Source: an uncultured Legionellales bacterium (GTDB lineage: Bacteria > Pseudomonadota > Gammaproteobacteria > Eutrophobiales > Eutrophobiaceae). From it: a stretch of 64,000 bases of DNA. Where the stretch lies: NCBI GenBank assembly GCA_913046215.1, contig CAJWRJ010000001.1, positions 8,897 through 72,896 on the forward strand, given 5' to 3'. This document shows positions 29,315 through 39,362 of the stretch, piece by piece. Position 1 is the first letter of the stretch, and the number at the start of each line of letters is the position of its first letter. The position numbers were made by a program, and so were the translations under genes. Below the pieces are notes generated by a model. That model was given only the letters and a program-made list of their open reading frames with translations, was not told the DNA's origin and did no database searches.

Positions 29315-29871
29315 AGTATTTTATTGAAAGGCCCATTTCTTTCTGGAATTGATTTGAAATTATCCGAACGGGCTAAGTCTATTTTTTGTTTATTGATTTT
29401 TTTTCGAAGACGATTACGTTTGAGTGGTGATAGATAATCAATGAATAGCTTGCCATCTAAATGGTCGATTTCATGTTGTATACATATAGCTAATAAACCT
29501 TCGGCTTTTGCTACAATAGTTTTCTTATTAAGTGTTTCGTAGTTATATTCGATATTTTTTGCTCTCTCAACGTTATCGAAATACTCAGGTACGGAAAGAC
29601 AACCCTCTTGGGTAATTTCTTTTCCCTCTAGTTTTGATATTTTTGGATTAATTAAGATCAGTGGGTCGTCTTTATTTTCTGATAGATCGATGACAACAAT
29701 CCTTTTTTGAATGTTAACCTGGGTTGCAGCCAATCCAATCCCTCCCTCTAAATACATTGTTTCGAGCATATTTTCAGCTAGGCTGGCTATTTCAGAATCA
29801 ATTTCCTCAATTGTGACGCCTTTCAACCGAAGTCTTTCATCCGGAAAATGTAATACTTTAAGTATAGCCAT
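29311..29871 (-). CDS. def: peptide deformylase
   Basis: Motifs GIGLAATQV, EGCLSVP and QHEIDHLDG. Four-base overlap with fmt. Confidence 0.93.
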   Translation of the reverse strand: MAILKVLHFPDERLRLKGVTIEEIDSEIASLAENMLETMYLEGGIGLAATQVNIQKRIVVIDLSENKDDPLILINPKISKLEGKEITQEGCLSVPEYFDNVERAKNIEYNYETLNKKTIVAKAEGLLAICIQHEIDHLDGKLFIDYLSPLKRNRLRKKINKQKIDLARSDNFKSIPERNGPFNKIL

Positions 29872-30026
29872 CGTATTTTTTGCCCTAAAAAAACTGTTAA
29901 CTCACTGATAGTATATAGGAAAATCAATTTTCTTCGATTATATAGTCCTTCAAAATGTTTATCCTACTGACATTTTACTCAGCTTTTTGATAGTCTACAT
30001 ACGATAGATTATGTAAGGTAGTAAAG

Positions 30027-31250
30027 ATGCTTAATAAGATTCTAATTTCATTCGTAATTTTATTGTTATTCTCTGCCACACATGCGGGAGAATTAGAGCT
30101 TAATCCCAAACATCCAGATAAATACACTGTTGTTAGGGGCGATACGCTATGGGATATATCAGCGAAATTCCTAACTGAGCCATGGAGATGGCAAGAAATA
30201 TGGCAAATAAACCCACAGATTAAAAACCCTCATTTAATTTATCCAGGCGATACCGTGTCCCTTAGTTATGAGGATGGGCAGCCTATTTTGAATCTTGAAC
30301 GGGCAGGCAGTGTTGTATCAGGTAGAAATGTTAAATTGTCACCCACTATACGTAGTTCAGAGAATATTGAAGCAATACCAGCGATTCCACTTGATGCTAT
30401 TCAGCAATTTTTAAAATGGCCATTAATACTTGAGGATGATCAGATGGAAGATTGGCCATATGTTGTCTCTAGCTATGATGGTCATTTGATGGCTTCAGTT
30501 AACAATAAAATTTATATTCGAGGTATCCCAGAGAATTTGGGGGCAAAACAGTACTCTATTTATCGAAGAGGCCCAGCATATGTAAACATTAAAGAAGATA
30601 AAAATGATGATGATGAAGTACTTGGATATGAAGCAATATATGTGGGTCAGGCAAGAATTGAAAGAGGCGGCGATCCAGCATCAGCGATAATAACATCAGT
30701 TAAGCGCGAGGTGATGATTGGAGACAGACTCATTCCAAATTCAGAAAAAGATAATTTTACAACCGAATTCATTCCAAGTTCGACACCCAATAATGTCGAA
30801 GGAAATATTCTATCTGTTTTAGATGGTGTTTCCCAAATAGGACAATATCAAATCGTCATTCTTAATCTTGGTGAAGAGAGCGGCATAGAACCAGGCAATG
30901 TTCTGGGAATATTTCAAAGTAATGTTACAGTGGAAGATACTATTGGACCAAATAAAAGAAAAACAAAAGAAGAAGAAGACAATGATAGAATAATTTTTGA
31001 AAACGAAGATACGAATTTTTTTAATCGTGAATTGAGTAAATTATTTAATGCAATAAGAAATACTGTAAAGAATATTGATGAAAATTACCCAGGTTTTGCT
31101 AATAAAAAGACTAAGTCAGAAGCTATAAATCTACCAGATGAAAATGTTGGGGTTTTAATGGTGTTTAGAACTTTTGAAAAGATTAGTTATGCATTAGTAA
31201 TGGAAATAAGTGGCCCAGTACACGTAGCGGATGTGGTCAGAAACTTATAA
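30027..31250 (+). CDS. LysM-domain periplasmic protein, possibly TsaP-like
   Basis: Signal peptide followed by a LysM domain (YTVVRGDTLWDISAKFL...IYPGDTVSL). About 300 aa of C-terminal domain with no recognisable match. Divergent from def, as the LysM/TsaP gene is in Pseudomonas and Neisseria. Confidence 0.6.
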   Translation: MLNKILISFVILLLFSATHAGELELNPKHPDKYTVVRGDTLWDISAKFLTEPWRWQEIWQINPQIKNPHLIYPGDTVSLSYEDGQPILNLERAGSVVSGRNVKLSPTIRSSENIEAIPAIPLDAIQQFLKWPLILEDDQMEDWPYVVSSYDGHLMASVNNKIYIRGIPENLGAKQYSIYRRGPAYVNIKEDKNDDDEVLGYEAIYVGQARIERGGDPASAIITSVKREVMIGDRLIPNSEKDNFTTEFIPSSTPNNVEGNILSVLDGVSQIGQYQIVILNLGEESGIEPGNVLGIFQSNVTVEDTIGPNKRKTKEEEDNDRIIFENEDTNFFNRELSKLFNAIRNTVKNIDENYPGFANKKTKSEAINLPDENVGVLMVFRTFEKISYALVMEISGPVHVADVVRNL

Positions 31251-31310
31251 TTTTTTATAGGATAAATTGTATAGACTATATATCACTAATAATTACAATT
31301 AGGATTTTTT

Positions 31311-31787
31311 ATGAAAGAGTCAGTTTTAGATGTGCTTATATATTTGTTTGATCACTATGTTGAGAAAGAGCTTGAGATAATACCAAATCAAAAAGATCTA
31401 AAGGCACAGTTGAATCAAGCAGGTTTTGCAGATATTCAAATTGACAAAGCTATTGATTGGTTAGAAGGTTTAGCAATGAAAAAAGACAAGCTTGATATTG
31501 GGGCTACATATTCAAGGTCCACAAGAATTTTTAATAGTATTGAGAATGAAAAGTTGGATATTGAGTGTAAAGGATTTTTAATATTTCTTGAGCAAGCGGG
31601 AGTTCTCGATACTGAAGACCGAGAACTTGTTATAGATAGAGTAATGGCACTTGAAACAGAAAATATAGAATTGCAGCAACTTAAATGGGTTGTACTAATG
31701 GTATTATTTAATAGACCGGAAAAAGAGGCAGCATTTGCTTGGATGGAAGATATTATTCTTGATGAAGTTAGTTCTGTTATTCATTAA
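31311..31787 (+). CDS. smg: Smg protein (DUF494)
   Basis: 158 aa. N-terminus MKESVLDVLIYLFDHY. Lies upstream of topA, in the conserved def/smg/topA-region synteny. Confidence 0.8.
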   Translation: MKESVLDVLIYLFDHYVEKELEIIPNQKDLKAQLNQAGFADIQIDKAIDWLEGLAMKKDKLDIGATYSRSTRIFNSIENEKLDIECKGFLIFLEQAGVLDTEDRELVIDRVMALETENIELQQLKWVVLMVLFNRPEKEAAFAWMEDIILDEVSSVIH

Positions 31788-31833
31788 TTTTCTTTCAAAT
31801 AATTATTTTAATTAGTATTTATAAAAAATATAT

Positions 31834-34317
31834 ATGTCAAATTCGCTAGTTATCGTTGAGTCTCCGTCAAAATCAAAAACACTCGAGAGTTACTTGGGCA
31901 AGGATTTTAAAGTATTAGCCTCCTACGGCCATGTTCGAGATCTTTTACCAAAAAAAGGTGCTGTGGATCCAGATAATAACTTTGCAATGATATATGAAGC
32001 AATTGAAAGAAATGAAAAAGCAGTTAATGCGATAAAAAAAGCCCTCAAAAAAGCCGATACATTATATCTAGCTACAGACCCTGATAGAGAAGGCGAAGCT
32101 ATTTCATGGCATTTGTATGAGTTATTAAAAGAAAAAGGTTGTTTAGAGAATAAGGAAGTGCATAGAGTTGCATTTTATGAGGTCACTAAAAGCGCTGTTA
32201 AAGATGCAATTAAAAATCCAAGAGAGCTGTCACCAAATTTAATTGATGCGCAACAAGCTAGACGTGCTCTTGATTATCTAGTTGGTTTTAACTTATCACC
32301 TTTACTATGGAAAAAAATACAAAAAGGTTTGTCAGCAGGACGCGTTCAATCACCCGCTTTAAGAATGATTGTCGAACGTGAAAAAGAGATAGATGATTTT
32401 AAAGCTATAGAGTATTGGACAATAGAATCTGATCTTGAATTTGATAATTCAAATTTTTTAGGGAGATTGACAGAATATAATAACGAGAAGATAAAAAAAT
32501 TTAGCATTGAAAATACAGCAAAAGCATCCGATATAAAATCAAGTCTTGAGCAAGCATCGACAGGTGAATTATTGGTTAAAACTGTCACAAAAAAACAAAG
32601 GAAAAGACAGCCCACAGCTCCATTTATAACATCAACATTGCAGCAAGAGGCAATTAGAAAACTAGGTTTTACGGCACAATGGACAATGAGAGTAGCACAA
32701 CAACTTTATGAGGGAATTGATGTCGGCGATGGCACGATCGGTTTAATAACATACATGAGAACCGACTCCGTTAATTTAGCGCAGGAAGCATTGAATGAGA
32801 TACGTTCTTTTATTTCATCTCGGTATGGCGAAAAATCATTACCAGACGAACCCAGAGTTTTCAAAACTAAATCTAAAAATGCACAAGAAGCTCATGAAGC
32901 TGTTAGACCAACTTCTGTAACAAGAGTACCTAGCGAGATAAAAAGTAGTTTGACGGATGAGCAATTTAAACTATATGAATTGATTTGGAAAAGAACAATG
33001 GCAAGTCAAATGACACATGCCACAATTGATTCAGTAGCCGTCGATATGTCTTGTGGTGATGGTAATGTATTTAGAGCAAACGGTTCTTCAATAGCTGATC
33101 CTGGTTTTATGCAGGTATATCTTGAGGGTGTTGACGATAAGGATAGCTCAGAAGATGATGAGAAGATGTTGCCTCAATTAAAAGAGGGCGACAAGGTGAA
33201 ATTAAAACAAATAAGAAATGAGCAGCACTTTACCGAACCGCCTCCACGATATTCCGAAGCGTCTTTAGTAAAATCGCTTGAGGAGTATGGAATTGGAAGA
33301 CCTTCGACTTATGCGAATATTATTCAAACTTTAAGAAATAGAGAATACGTCGAAGTAGAAAATAAGAGATTTCACCCAACCGACGTTGGCAAGTTAGTTA
33401 ATAATTTTTTAACAGTGCATTTTAGTGATTATGTCGACTATGATTTTACTGCCAGACTTGAGGACGATTTAGATGCTATTTCTAGAGGAGAAAAAGAATG
33501 GGTGCCTTTGATGAAAAATTTCTGGACATCATTTAACACTCAAATACAAAATAAAGAAGCAACAGTTACTCGCGAAGAAGCTATTCAAGCGAGAGTTTTG
33601 GGTAAGCATCCTAAATCTGGTTTAGAAGTCTCTGTGCGTATTGGTCGTTATGGCCCATATGCACAAATTGGTACAAAAGATGATGAAGAAAAACCAAAAT
33701 TTGCAGGCTTACGTCGTGAGGTTAAAGATCCAGAAAGCGGAGAAATTTTACAGCCAGCACAGAAATTGGACAAGATCACTCTCGAAGAAGCGTTAGAACT
33801 TTTTAAGTTACCAAGACTTTTAGGTGAAACTAGTGAAAATGAAGAGGTTGCTGCTAGTATTGGGCGTTTCGGTCCTTACATTCGTTATGGTAGTAAGTTT
33901 GTATCGTTAAAAAGAGAAGATGATCCGTATACCGTTACCCTTGAGAGAGCGCTTGAGTTGGTGGCAGAAAAGAAAAAGGCGGACGCAGAAAAACAAATAA
34001 AACTTTTTGAAGATGAGGGCATATCAATTTTAAATGGTCGTTATGGTCCATATGTTACAAATGGGAAAAAGAATGCAAAAGTTCCTAAAGATGTAGAGCC
34101 AAGTAGCCTGAGTCTCGAGGAATCGATTGCCCTTTTAGAAGCAGCGCCTGCAAGAGGTGCGCGTCGTGGTAAGAAAAAAACAACTGCAAAGAAAAAAACA
34201 ACTGCAAAGAAAAAAACAACTGCAAAGAAAAAAACAACTGCAAAGAAAAAAACGGTTACTACAAAGAAAAAAGTAATACCCAGCTACAAAGAAGAAAGTA
34301 ATGTAACAGAGCCATAA
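31834..34317 (+). CDS. topA: DNA topoisomerase I
   Basis: TOPRIM N-terminus (LVIVESPSKSKTL...ATDPDREGEAISWH). Catalytic-Tyr region (ITYMRTDS). C-terminal GR[YF]GPY repeats without Cys zinc ribbons. Lys-rich tail (KKKTTA)x4. Confidence 0.92.
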   Translation: MSNSLVIVESPSKSKTLESYLGKDFKVLASYGHVRDLLPKKGAVDPDNNFAMIYEAIERNEKAVNAIKKALKKADTLYLATDPDREGEAISWHLYELLKEKGCLENKEVHRVAFYEVTKSAVKDAIKNPRELSPNLIDAQQARRALDYLVGFNLSPLLWKKIQKGLSAGRVQSPALRMIVEREKEIDDFKAIEYWTIESDLEFDNSNFLGRLTEYNNEKIKKFSIENTAKASDIKSSLEQASTGELLVKTVTKKQRKRQPTAPFITSTLQQEAIRKLGFTAQWTMRVAQQLYEGIDVGDGTIGLITYMRTDSVNLAQEALNEIRSFISSRYGEKSLPDEPRVFKTKSKNAQEAHEAVRPTSVTRVPSEIKSSLTDEQFKLYELIWKRTMASQMTHATIDSVAVDMSCGDGNVFRANGSSIADPGFMQVYLEGVDDKDSSEDDEKMLPQLKEGDKVKLKQIRNEQHFTEPPPRYSEASLVKSLEEYGIGRPSTYANIIQTLRNREYVEVENKRFHPTDVGKLVNNFLTVHFSDYVDYDFTARLEDDLDAISRGEKEWVPLMKNFWTSFNTQIQNKEATVTREEAIQARVLGKHPKSGLEVSVRIGRYGPYAQIGTKDDEEKPKFAGLRREVKDPESGEILQPAQKLDKITLEEALELFKLPRLLGETSENEEVAASIGRFGPYIRYGSKFVSLKREDDPYTVTLERALELVAEKKKADAEKQIKLFEDEGISILNGRYGPYVTNGKKNAKVPKDVEPSSLSLEESIALLEAAPARGARRGKKKTTAKKKTTAKKKTTAKKKTTAKKKTVTTKKKVIPSYKEESNVTEP
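34171..34260 (+). repeat. perfect 18-bp tandem repeat (AAGAAAAAAACAACTGCA) x4 plus one degenerate unit, inside the topA 3' end
   Basis: Copies at 34171-88, 34189-206, 34207-24 and 34225-42 are identical. The fifth unit (34243-60) diverges. Encodes (KKKTTA)n. Confidence 0.95.
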
Positions 34318-34323
34318 ACTCTC

Positions 34324-34348
34324 CTCATATGAATCAAAAGCATATGAG
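34324..34348 (+). terminator. hairpin immediately after the topA stop (possible weak terminator or stabiliser)
   Basis: CTCATATG, 9-nt loop, then CATATGAG (8-bp stem, AT-rich). No clear U-tract. Confidence 0.2.
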
Positions 34349-34441
34349 ATACATAAGATACTAGACAATAAAAGTTCTAAGAACTTAAAGCATAAGAAAT
34401 TTTAAAGGTAATAAAAACGAAATTTGTATTTTGGTAAGGTT

Positions 34442-34996
34442 ATGAAAAAGCTGCATGTGAAGAAAGCTATCCATGCTTGCCAGCAGGGTGGAATAATTGC
34501 ATATCCCACAGAGGCAGTATTTGGGTTAGGCTGTATTCCTTTTTTTGAACACTCTGTTCAAAGAATTCTCAAATTAAAAAAAAGATCAATTCGAAAAGGC
34601 TTAATTTTGGTAGCTGCAGATGTTCGTCAACTTGATGAATATGTTGATTTTTCAAAATTAAGAAATTCAAAAATGGTCTTTGATTCGTGGCCAGGACCAG
34701 TAACATGGCTAATACCCGCTAAAGAAACTACCCCGCACTGGTTAATTGGGTCCCATAATACGCTCGCTGTACGTGTAAGTTCAGATCAAATTATTAGAGC
34801 ACTCTGCAATAAATTAGGACCAATTCTATCAACTAGCGCAAATCCAAGTGGGAGTAGCCCCGCGAAGTCATATCACCGCGTAAGGCACTATTTTATGGGA
34901 AAAATTGACTATATTATGCCTCACAGCATAACAAATAGGGCTAATCCAACCGAGATTCGAGATGCTCAAACAGGAAAAACTTTACGTCAGAGCTAA
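34442..34996 (+). CDS. tsaC: L-threonylcarbamoyladenylate synthase TsaC (YrdC/Sua5 family)
   Basis: IIAYPTEAVFGLGC signature. The ATG at 34442 (MKKLHV...) fits the E. coli YrdC N-terminal length better. The ORF track starts at a TTG at 34424. Confidence 0.85.
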   Translation: MKKLHVKKAIHACQQGGIIAYPTEAVFGLGCIPFFEHSVQRILKLKKRSIRKGLILVAADVRQLDEYVDFSKLRNSKMVFDSWPGPVTWLIPAKETTPHWLIGSHNTLAVRVSSDQIIRALCNKLGPILSTSANPSGSSPAKSYHRVRHYFMGKIDYIMPHSITNRANPTEIRDAQTGKTLRQS

Positions 34997-35015
34997 ATTA
35001 TTGATAATGCGCGTA

Positions 35016-35045
35016 TTGACAGTGGTAGTTGATTATTCGAGAATG
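35016..35045 (+). promoter_or_regulatory. candidate sigma70 promoter for the tRNA-tuf cluster (TTGACA, 17 nt spacer, GAGAAT)
   Basis: Consensus -35 TTGACA at 35016-35021. Weak -10 about 18 nt upstream of the tRNA-Tyr 5' end. Confidence 0.3.
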
Positions 35046-35062
35046 GCCGGCTTGGATTTTTT

Positions 35063-35147
35063 GGAGGGGTACCCAAGCGGTCAACGGGGGCAGACTGTAA
35101 ATCTGTTGGCTCAGCCTTCGTAGGTTCGAATCCTACCCCCTCCACCA
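35063..35147 (+). tRNA. tRNA-Tyr (GTA)
   Basis: 85-nt cloverleaf. Anticodon loop CUGUAAAUC. Long variable arm. Ends CCACCA. Confidence 0.9.
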
Positions 35148-35291
35148 GAACAATTTTGTTTTGATGATTTGTATTGGTATATATTTGGAATGCTTAGTTA
35201 AAAGGAATATTTAAGAGCTCGCCAGAAGTAAGGGAAGAGTTGATTAAGACTTACGATAGAGTTTTGGTTGAAGTGGGTGATGTAAACATAG

Positions 35292-35365
<74 letters not shown>

Positions 35366-35449
35366 AAAAACTGAATTGATAGATTAAACGTAGTAATTGA
35401 AAAGCTGATGTTTATTTGGATTGAAAGTAGAAGCGAAAACGGGATTGTT

Positions 35450-35525
<76 letters not shown>

Positions 35526-35585
35526 CTTTTGGATTTTATTAAATTAAATACTATATATAGCTAATGAAAATGAGGTGTAATTCTA

Positions 35586-36776
35586 ATGTCTAAGGAAAAA
35601 TTTGAACGTACGAAGCCACATGTGAATGTAGGAACAATTGGTCACGTTGATCATGGTAAAACCACTCTGACGGCGGCGATTACAAAGACTATGTCTGAAA
35701 AACATGGCGGCGAATTTAAAGCCTATGATCAAATTGATAACGCACCTGAAGAACGGGAACGTGGGATCACTATTGCAACGGCTCATGTTGAATACGAGAG
35801 CGAGACACGCCATTATGCTCATGTTGATTGCCCGGGACATGCTGATTACGTAAAGAATATGATTACAGGTGCTGCTCAAATGGATGGAGCAATACTTGTA
35901 TGTAGCGCGGCTGACGGCCCAATGCCTCAAACACGAGAGCACATACTTTTATCAAAACAGGTTGGGGTTCCATATATCGTTGTATATCTCAACAAAGCTG
36001 ATCAAGTTGATGATGCCGAATTATTAGAACTGGTTGAAATGGAAGTCAGAGAGCTTCTGGATTCATATGAGTTTCCTGGAGACGCCACTCCAATTGTCAC
36101 TGGTTCTGCATTAAAAGCGATTGAGGGGGATACTTCAGATATAGGTATTCCGTCAATTGAAAAATTGGTTGCGGAAATGGACAGTTATTTCCCTGTTCCT
36201 GAACGCCCAGTTGATCAGCCATTTTTAATGCCAATTGAAGATGTGTTTTCAATATCTGGTCGAGGCACGGTTGTTACAGGACGAGTTGAGCGTGGTGTTG
36301 TTAAAGTTAACGAAGAAATTGAAATTGTTGGTATAAAAGATACACAAAGCACAACTTGTACTGGTGTTGAAATGTTTCGTAAATTACTCGACGAAGGTCA
36401 AGCAGGCGATAATGTGGGTGTATTGTTGCGTGGTACTAAACGTGAAGAAGTTGAACGAGGTCAAGTTTTATGTAAACCAGGATCAATAACACCACATACT
36501 CATTTTGAAGCGGAAGTTTATGTTTTAAGTAAGGACGAAGGAGGTCGGCATACTCCATTTTTTGCTAATTACAGACCTCAATTCTACTTTCGGACGACAG
36601 ATGTGACTGGAGCAGTTGAGCTTCCCTCTGGAACAGAAATGGTTATGCCTGGCGATAACATTAAAATAAAAGTGAAGCTAATAGCTCCAATTGCAATGGA
36701 AGAAAATTTACGTTTTGCAATAAGAGAAGGTGGTCGTACTGTAGGTGCAGGGGTTGTCTCTAAGATTATTGAGTAG
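35586..36776 (+). CDS. tuf: elongation factor Tu
   Basis: N-terminus [33 protein letters not shown]. 396 aa. Classic tRNA-tuf-secE context. Confidence 0.97.
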   Translation: MSKEKFERTKPHVNVGTIGHVDHGKTTLTAAITKTMSEKHGGEFKAYDQIDNAPEERERGITIATAHVEYESETRHYAHVDCPGHADYVKNMITGAAQMDGAILVCSAADGPMPQTREHILLSKQVGVPYIVVYLNKADQVDDAELLELVEMEVRELLDSYEFPGDATPIVTGSALKAIEGDTSDIGIPSIEKLVAEMDSYFPVPERPVDQPFLMPIEDVFSISGRGTVVTGRVERGVVKVNEEIEIVGIKDTQSTTCTGVEMFRKLLDEGQAGDNVGVLLRGTKREEVERGQVLCKPGSITPHTHFEAEVYVLSKDEGGRHTPFFANYRPQFYFRTTDVTGAVELPSGTEMVMPGDNIKIKVKLIAPIAMEENLRFAIREGGRTVGAGVVSKIIE

Positions 36777-36805
36777 AAAAAGTTAGCTTATTTTAATTAT
36801 GAAAT

Positions 36806-36881
36806 AGGCCAGTAGCTCAATTGGCAGAGCGGCGGTCTCCAAAACCGCAGGTTGGGGGTTCGATTCCCTCCTGGCCTGCCA
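36806..36881 (+). tRNA. tRNA-Trp (CCA)
   Basis: 76 nt, AGGCCAG...CTGGCCTGCCA. Anticodon loop CUCCAAA. T-loop GGTTCGATTCC. Sits between tuf and secE. Confidence 0.9.
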
Positions 36882-36920
36882 AGTTAAAGCCATATAGATA
36901 AAGACTAAAGTGATTAGCGT

Positions 36921-37298
36921 ATGAACTCTGACATAGAAACAAATTCAAGTAGGATGGATACATTTAAGCTCGGTTTGGCATTATTGATAATTCTTGCCGG
37001 TCTGGTTGGTTTCTATGTATACGCAGATTTTTCGCTGTTATATAGAGTAATAGCGTTAATTGCGAGTGTTGGAGTGAGTATTGCTATAGCCATGCAAACT
37101 GCTAAGGGAAGGCAAATATGGGGTTATTTTCACGACGCACAGATTGAAGTGCGTAAGGTTGTTTGGCCTACAAAGCAAGAGACAGTTCAAACAACACTAA
37201 TAGTTATTGTAATGGTAATAATAGTCGCAATTATACTTTGGCTATTAGATATGTTTCTTGGTTGGTCAGTTGGTCTATTAATGGGACACAGCAGCTAA
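36921..37298 (+). CDS. secE: preprotein translocase subunit SecE
   Basis: 125 aa with three transmembrane segments. Located immediately upstream of nusG. Confidence 0.9.
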   Translation: MNSDIETNSSRMDTFKLGLALLIILAGLVGFYVYADFSLLYRVIALIASVGVSIAIAMQTAKGRQIWGYFHDAQIEVRKVVWPTKQETVQTTLIVIVMVIIVAIILWLLDMFLGWSVGLLMGHSS

Positions 37299-37302
37299 AA
37301 TA

Positions 37303-37836
37303 ATGACGCAGAAATGGTATGTTGTTCACGCTTATTCTGGTTTTGAAAATCAGGTGATGCGCACATTACAAGAGAGAATTCAAGACAAAGGTCTAGATGA
37401 AATGTTTTCGGAAATTCTCGTACCAACAGAAGAAGTTGTTGAGATGCGTGATGGTAAAAAACGCAAGAGTGATCGAAAATTTTTTCCGGGTTATGTTTTG
37501 GTTAAGATGGAAATGAATGAGGATACATGGCATTTAGTTAAAGAGGCTCCAAAAGTACTAGGTTTTATAGGAGGTACAAGTGACAAGCCTGCTGCAATAT
37601 CAGATAAAGAAGCTAATGCAATCTTGCAACGTGTTGAGGAAGGAGTTGATAAACCAAGACCTAAAATTTTATTTGAACCAGGCGAAGTTGTTAGAGTAAA
37701 AGAGGGTCCTTTCACTGATTTTAATGGGGTTGTTGAAGAAGTAAATTATGAGAAGAGTCGTTTAAGGGTGTCAGTTTTGATATTCGGTCGATCGACACCA
37801 GTTGAATTAGAATTTGGACAAGTTGAAAAAGAATAA
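37303..37836 (+). CDS. nusG: transcription antitermination factor NusG
   Basis: N-terminus [11 protein letters not shown] (NGN domain). C-terminal KOW motif ([21 protein letters not shown]). Confidence 0.95.
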   Translation: MTQKWYVVHAYSGFENQVMRTLQERIQDKGLDEMFSEILVPTEEVVEMRDGKKRKSDRKFFPGYVLVKMEMNEDTWHLVKEAPKVLGFIGGTSDKPAAISDKEANAILQRVEEGVDKPRPKILFEPGEVVRVKEGPFTDFNGVVEEVNYEKSRLRVSVLIFGRSTPVELEFGQVEKE

Positions 37837-37931
37837 TTTTTGAATTGATTGTATTTTTAAGCTTTTTGTATAGAAGATTAAGATTATAAGGGGAGCCGAA
37901 AAGGCGTTTGTACCCATTGAGGATATAAGTA
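37837..37931 (+). promoter_or_regulatory. rplK-rplA leader (possible L1 autoregulatory site)
   Basis: 95-nt leader ahead of rplK containing GGGGAGCCGAAAAGGCG. Assignment is by position only. Confidence 0.3.
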
Positions 37932-38372
37932 ATGGCTAAAAAGATTGAAACTTACATAAAATTGCAGGTGCCCGCTGGTCAAGCAAATCCAAGCCCACCT
38001 GTTGGCCCAGCACTTGGTCAACACGGTTTAAACATTATGGATTTTTGCAAAGCATTTAATGCTCAAACACAAAACTTGGAACCAGGGTTACCCGTTCCAG
38101 TCATAATAACGGTTTTTAGTGATAAGAGTTTTACTTTTGTTAGTAAGACTACCCCAGCATCTATTTTGTTAAAAAAAGCTGCGGGTGTTAAAAGTGGTAG
38201 TGGAACACCAAATAGCGACAAGGTTGGTAAAGTGAGCAGAGCACAGCTTGAGGAAATTGCAAAGACAAAAGATTCTGATTTAACAGCCTCCGATATTGAT
38301 GCGGCAGTAAAAACAATTGCTGGGACCGCACGTAGCATGGGCATAGAAACTGATATCGAGGCTAAATCGTAA
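37932..38372 (+). CDS. rplK: 50S ribosomal protein L11
   Basis: Motif [31 protein letters not shown]. Confidence 0.96.
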   Translation: MAKKIETYIKLQVPAGQANPSPPVGPALGQHGLNIMDFCKAFNAQTQNLEPGLPVPVIITVFSDKSFTFVSKTTPASILLKKAAGVKSGSGTPNSDKVGKVSRAQLEEIAKTKDSDLTASDIDAAVKTIAGTARSMGIETDIEAKS

Positions 38373-39067
38373 TGGCACATTTATCAAAACGCGTGAGTGA
38401 ATTTAATAAAAAAGTCGAGCTGGGTAAACTTTATACAGCACAAGATGCTGTGAACTTATTAAAAGAAATTTCATCAGTTAAATTTGACGAATCAGTAGAA
38501 GTAGCAATTAATTTAGGTATTGATGCTCGGAAATCAGATCAACAAGTAAGAGGCTCAACTGTTTTGCCAAAAGGCACTGGAAAAGTTGTTAGAGTTGCGG
38601 TGTTTGCAGAGGGTGAAAATGCAAAAATTGCAAAAAAAGCTGGTGCCGATGCAGTTGGATTTGAAGATTTAGCAGAGACAATGCAAAAAGGTGATTTTGA
38701 TTACGGTGTTATCATAGCAACTCCAGATGCGATGCCAATTGTAGGTAAGCTTGGTAAAGTTCTAGGACCTCGTGGCTTAATGCCAAATCCAAAAGATGGG
38801 ACAGTTACGAAGAATATTGAAGAAGCAGTCAAAAATGCAAAAAGTGGTCAAGTAAGATACAAAACTGATAAAAATGGAATTATTCATTGTGTCATAGGTA
38901 AGGTATCTTTTGATTCTGATGCACTGATAGAAAATTTAAATATGCTGTTGACTGATTTGATAAAAATTAAACCATCTAGTGCCAAAGGCATTTATCTCAA
39001 GAGATTAAGTTTATCTACAACAATGGGTCCAGGTCTTTTAGTTGATCATGGTAGTTTATCTACCTAA
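38372..39067 (+). CDS. rplA: 50S ribosomal protein L1
   Basis: 231 aa. ATGA-type overlap with rplK. Motif [14 protein letters not shown]. Confidence 0.96.
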   Translation: MAHLSKRVSEFNKKVELGKLYTAQDAVNLLKEISSVKFDESVEVAINLGIDARKSDQQVRGSTVLPKGTGKVVRVAVFAEGENAKIAKKAGADAVGFEDLAETMQKGDFDYGVIIATPDAMPIVGKLGKVLGPRGLMPNPKDGTVTKNIEEAVKNAKSGQVRYKTDKNGIIHCVIGKVSFDSDALIENLNMLLTDLIKIKPSSAKGIYLKRLSLSTTMGPGLLVDHGSLST

Positions 39068-39362
39068 ATATATGAGATGTTTGAATGGAAATTTATTGCT
39101 ATTCATTAGTTCAATATTTTCTTTAATGAATAGTGTTTTAGGAACTTTGTGTTGGTAGTTTTACTATCATACGTCAAAGACCGTAGGTGGCAATAAACTG
39201 CCTTAATATCTTTATGCCTGCGCAGACGGTGCTATCGGATAATAGGATATCCTTTAATTTGTCACCGTAAACCTCTGTTTGAAAATTATTTTTTCAAATA
39301 GATTTTTTTAACGTAAACACATTCTTTTTTGTGGGTACGAATGTAACAAAGGAGGCCTAGGA
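39068..39362 (+). promoter_or_regulatory. rplJ (L10) leader region, likely autoregulatory L10(L12)4-binding leader
   Basis: 295-nt untranslated gap between rplA and rplJ, as in gamma-proteobacterial L10 leaders. Strong RBS AAGGAGG ahead of a GTG start. Confidence 0.4.

Noticed and set aside
34135-34368. 77-aa minus-strand ORF with the repetitive translation CFFLCSCFFLCS...
   Set aside because: It is the reverse-complement reading of the topA 18-bp tandem repeat, an artefact of the repeat rather than a gene.
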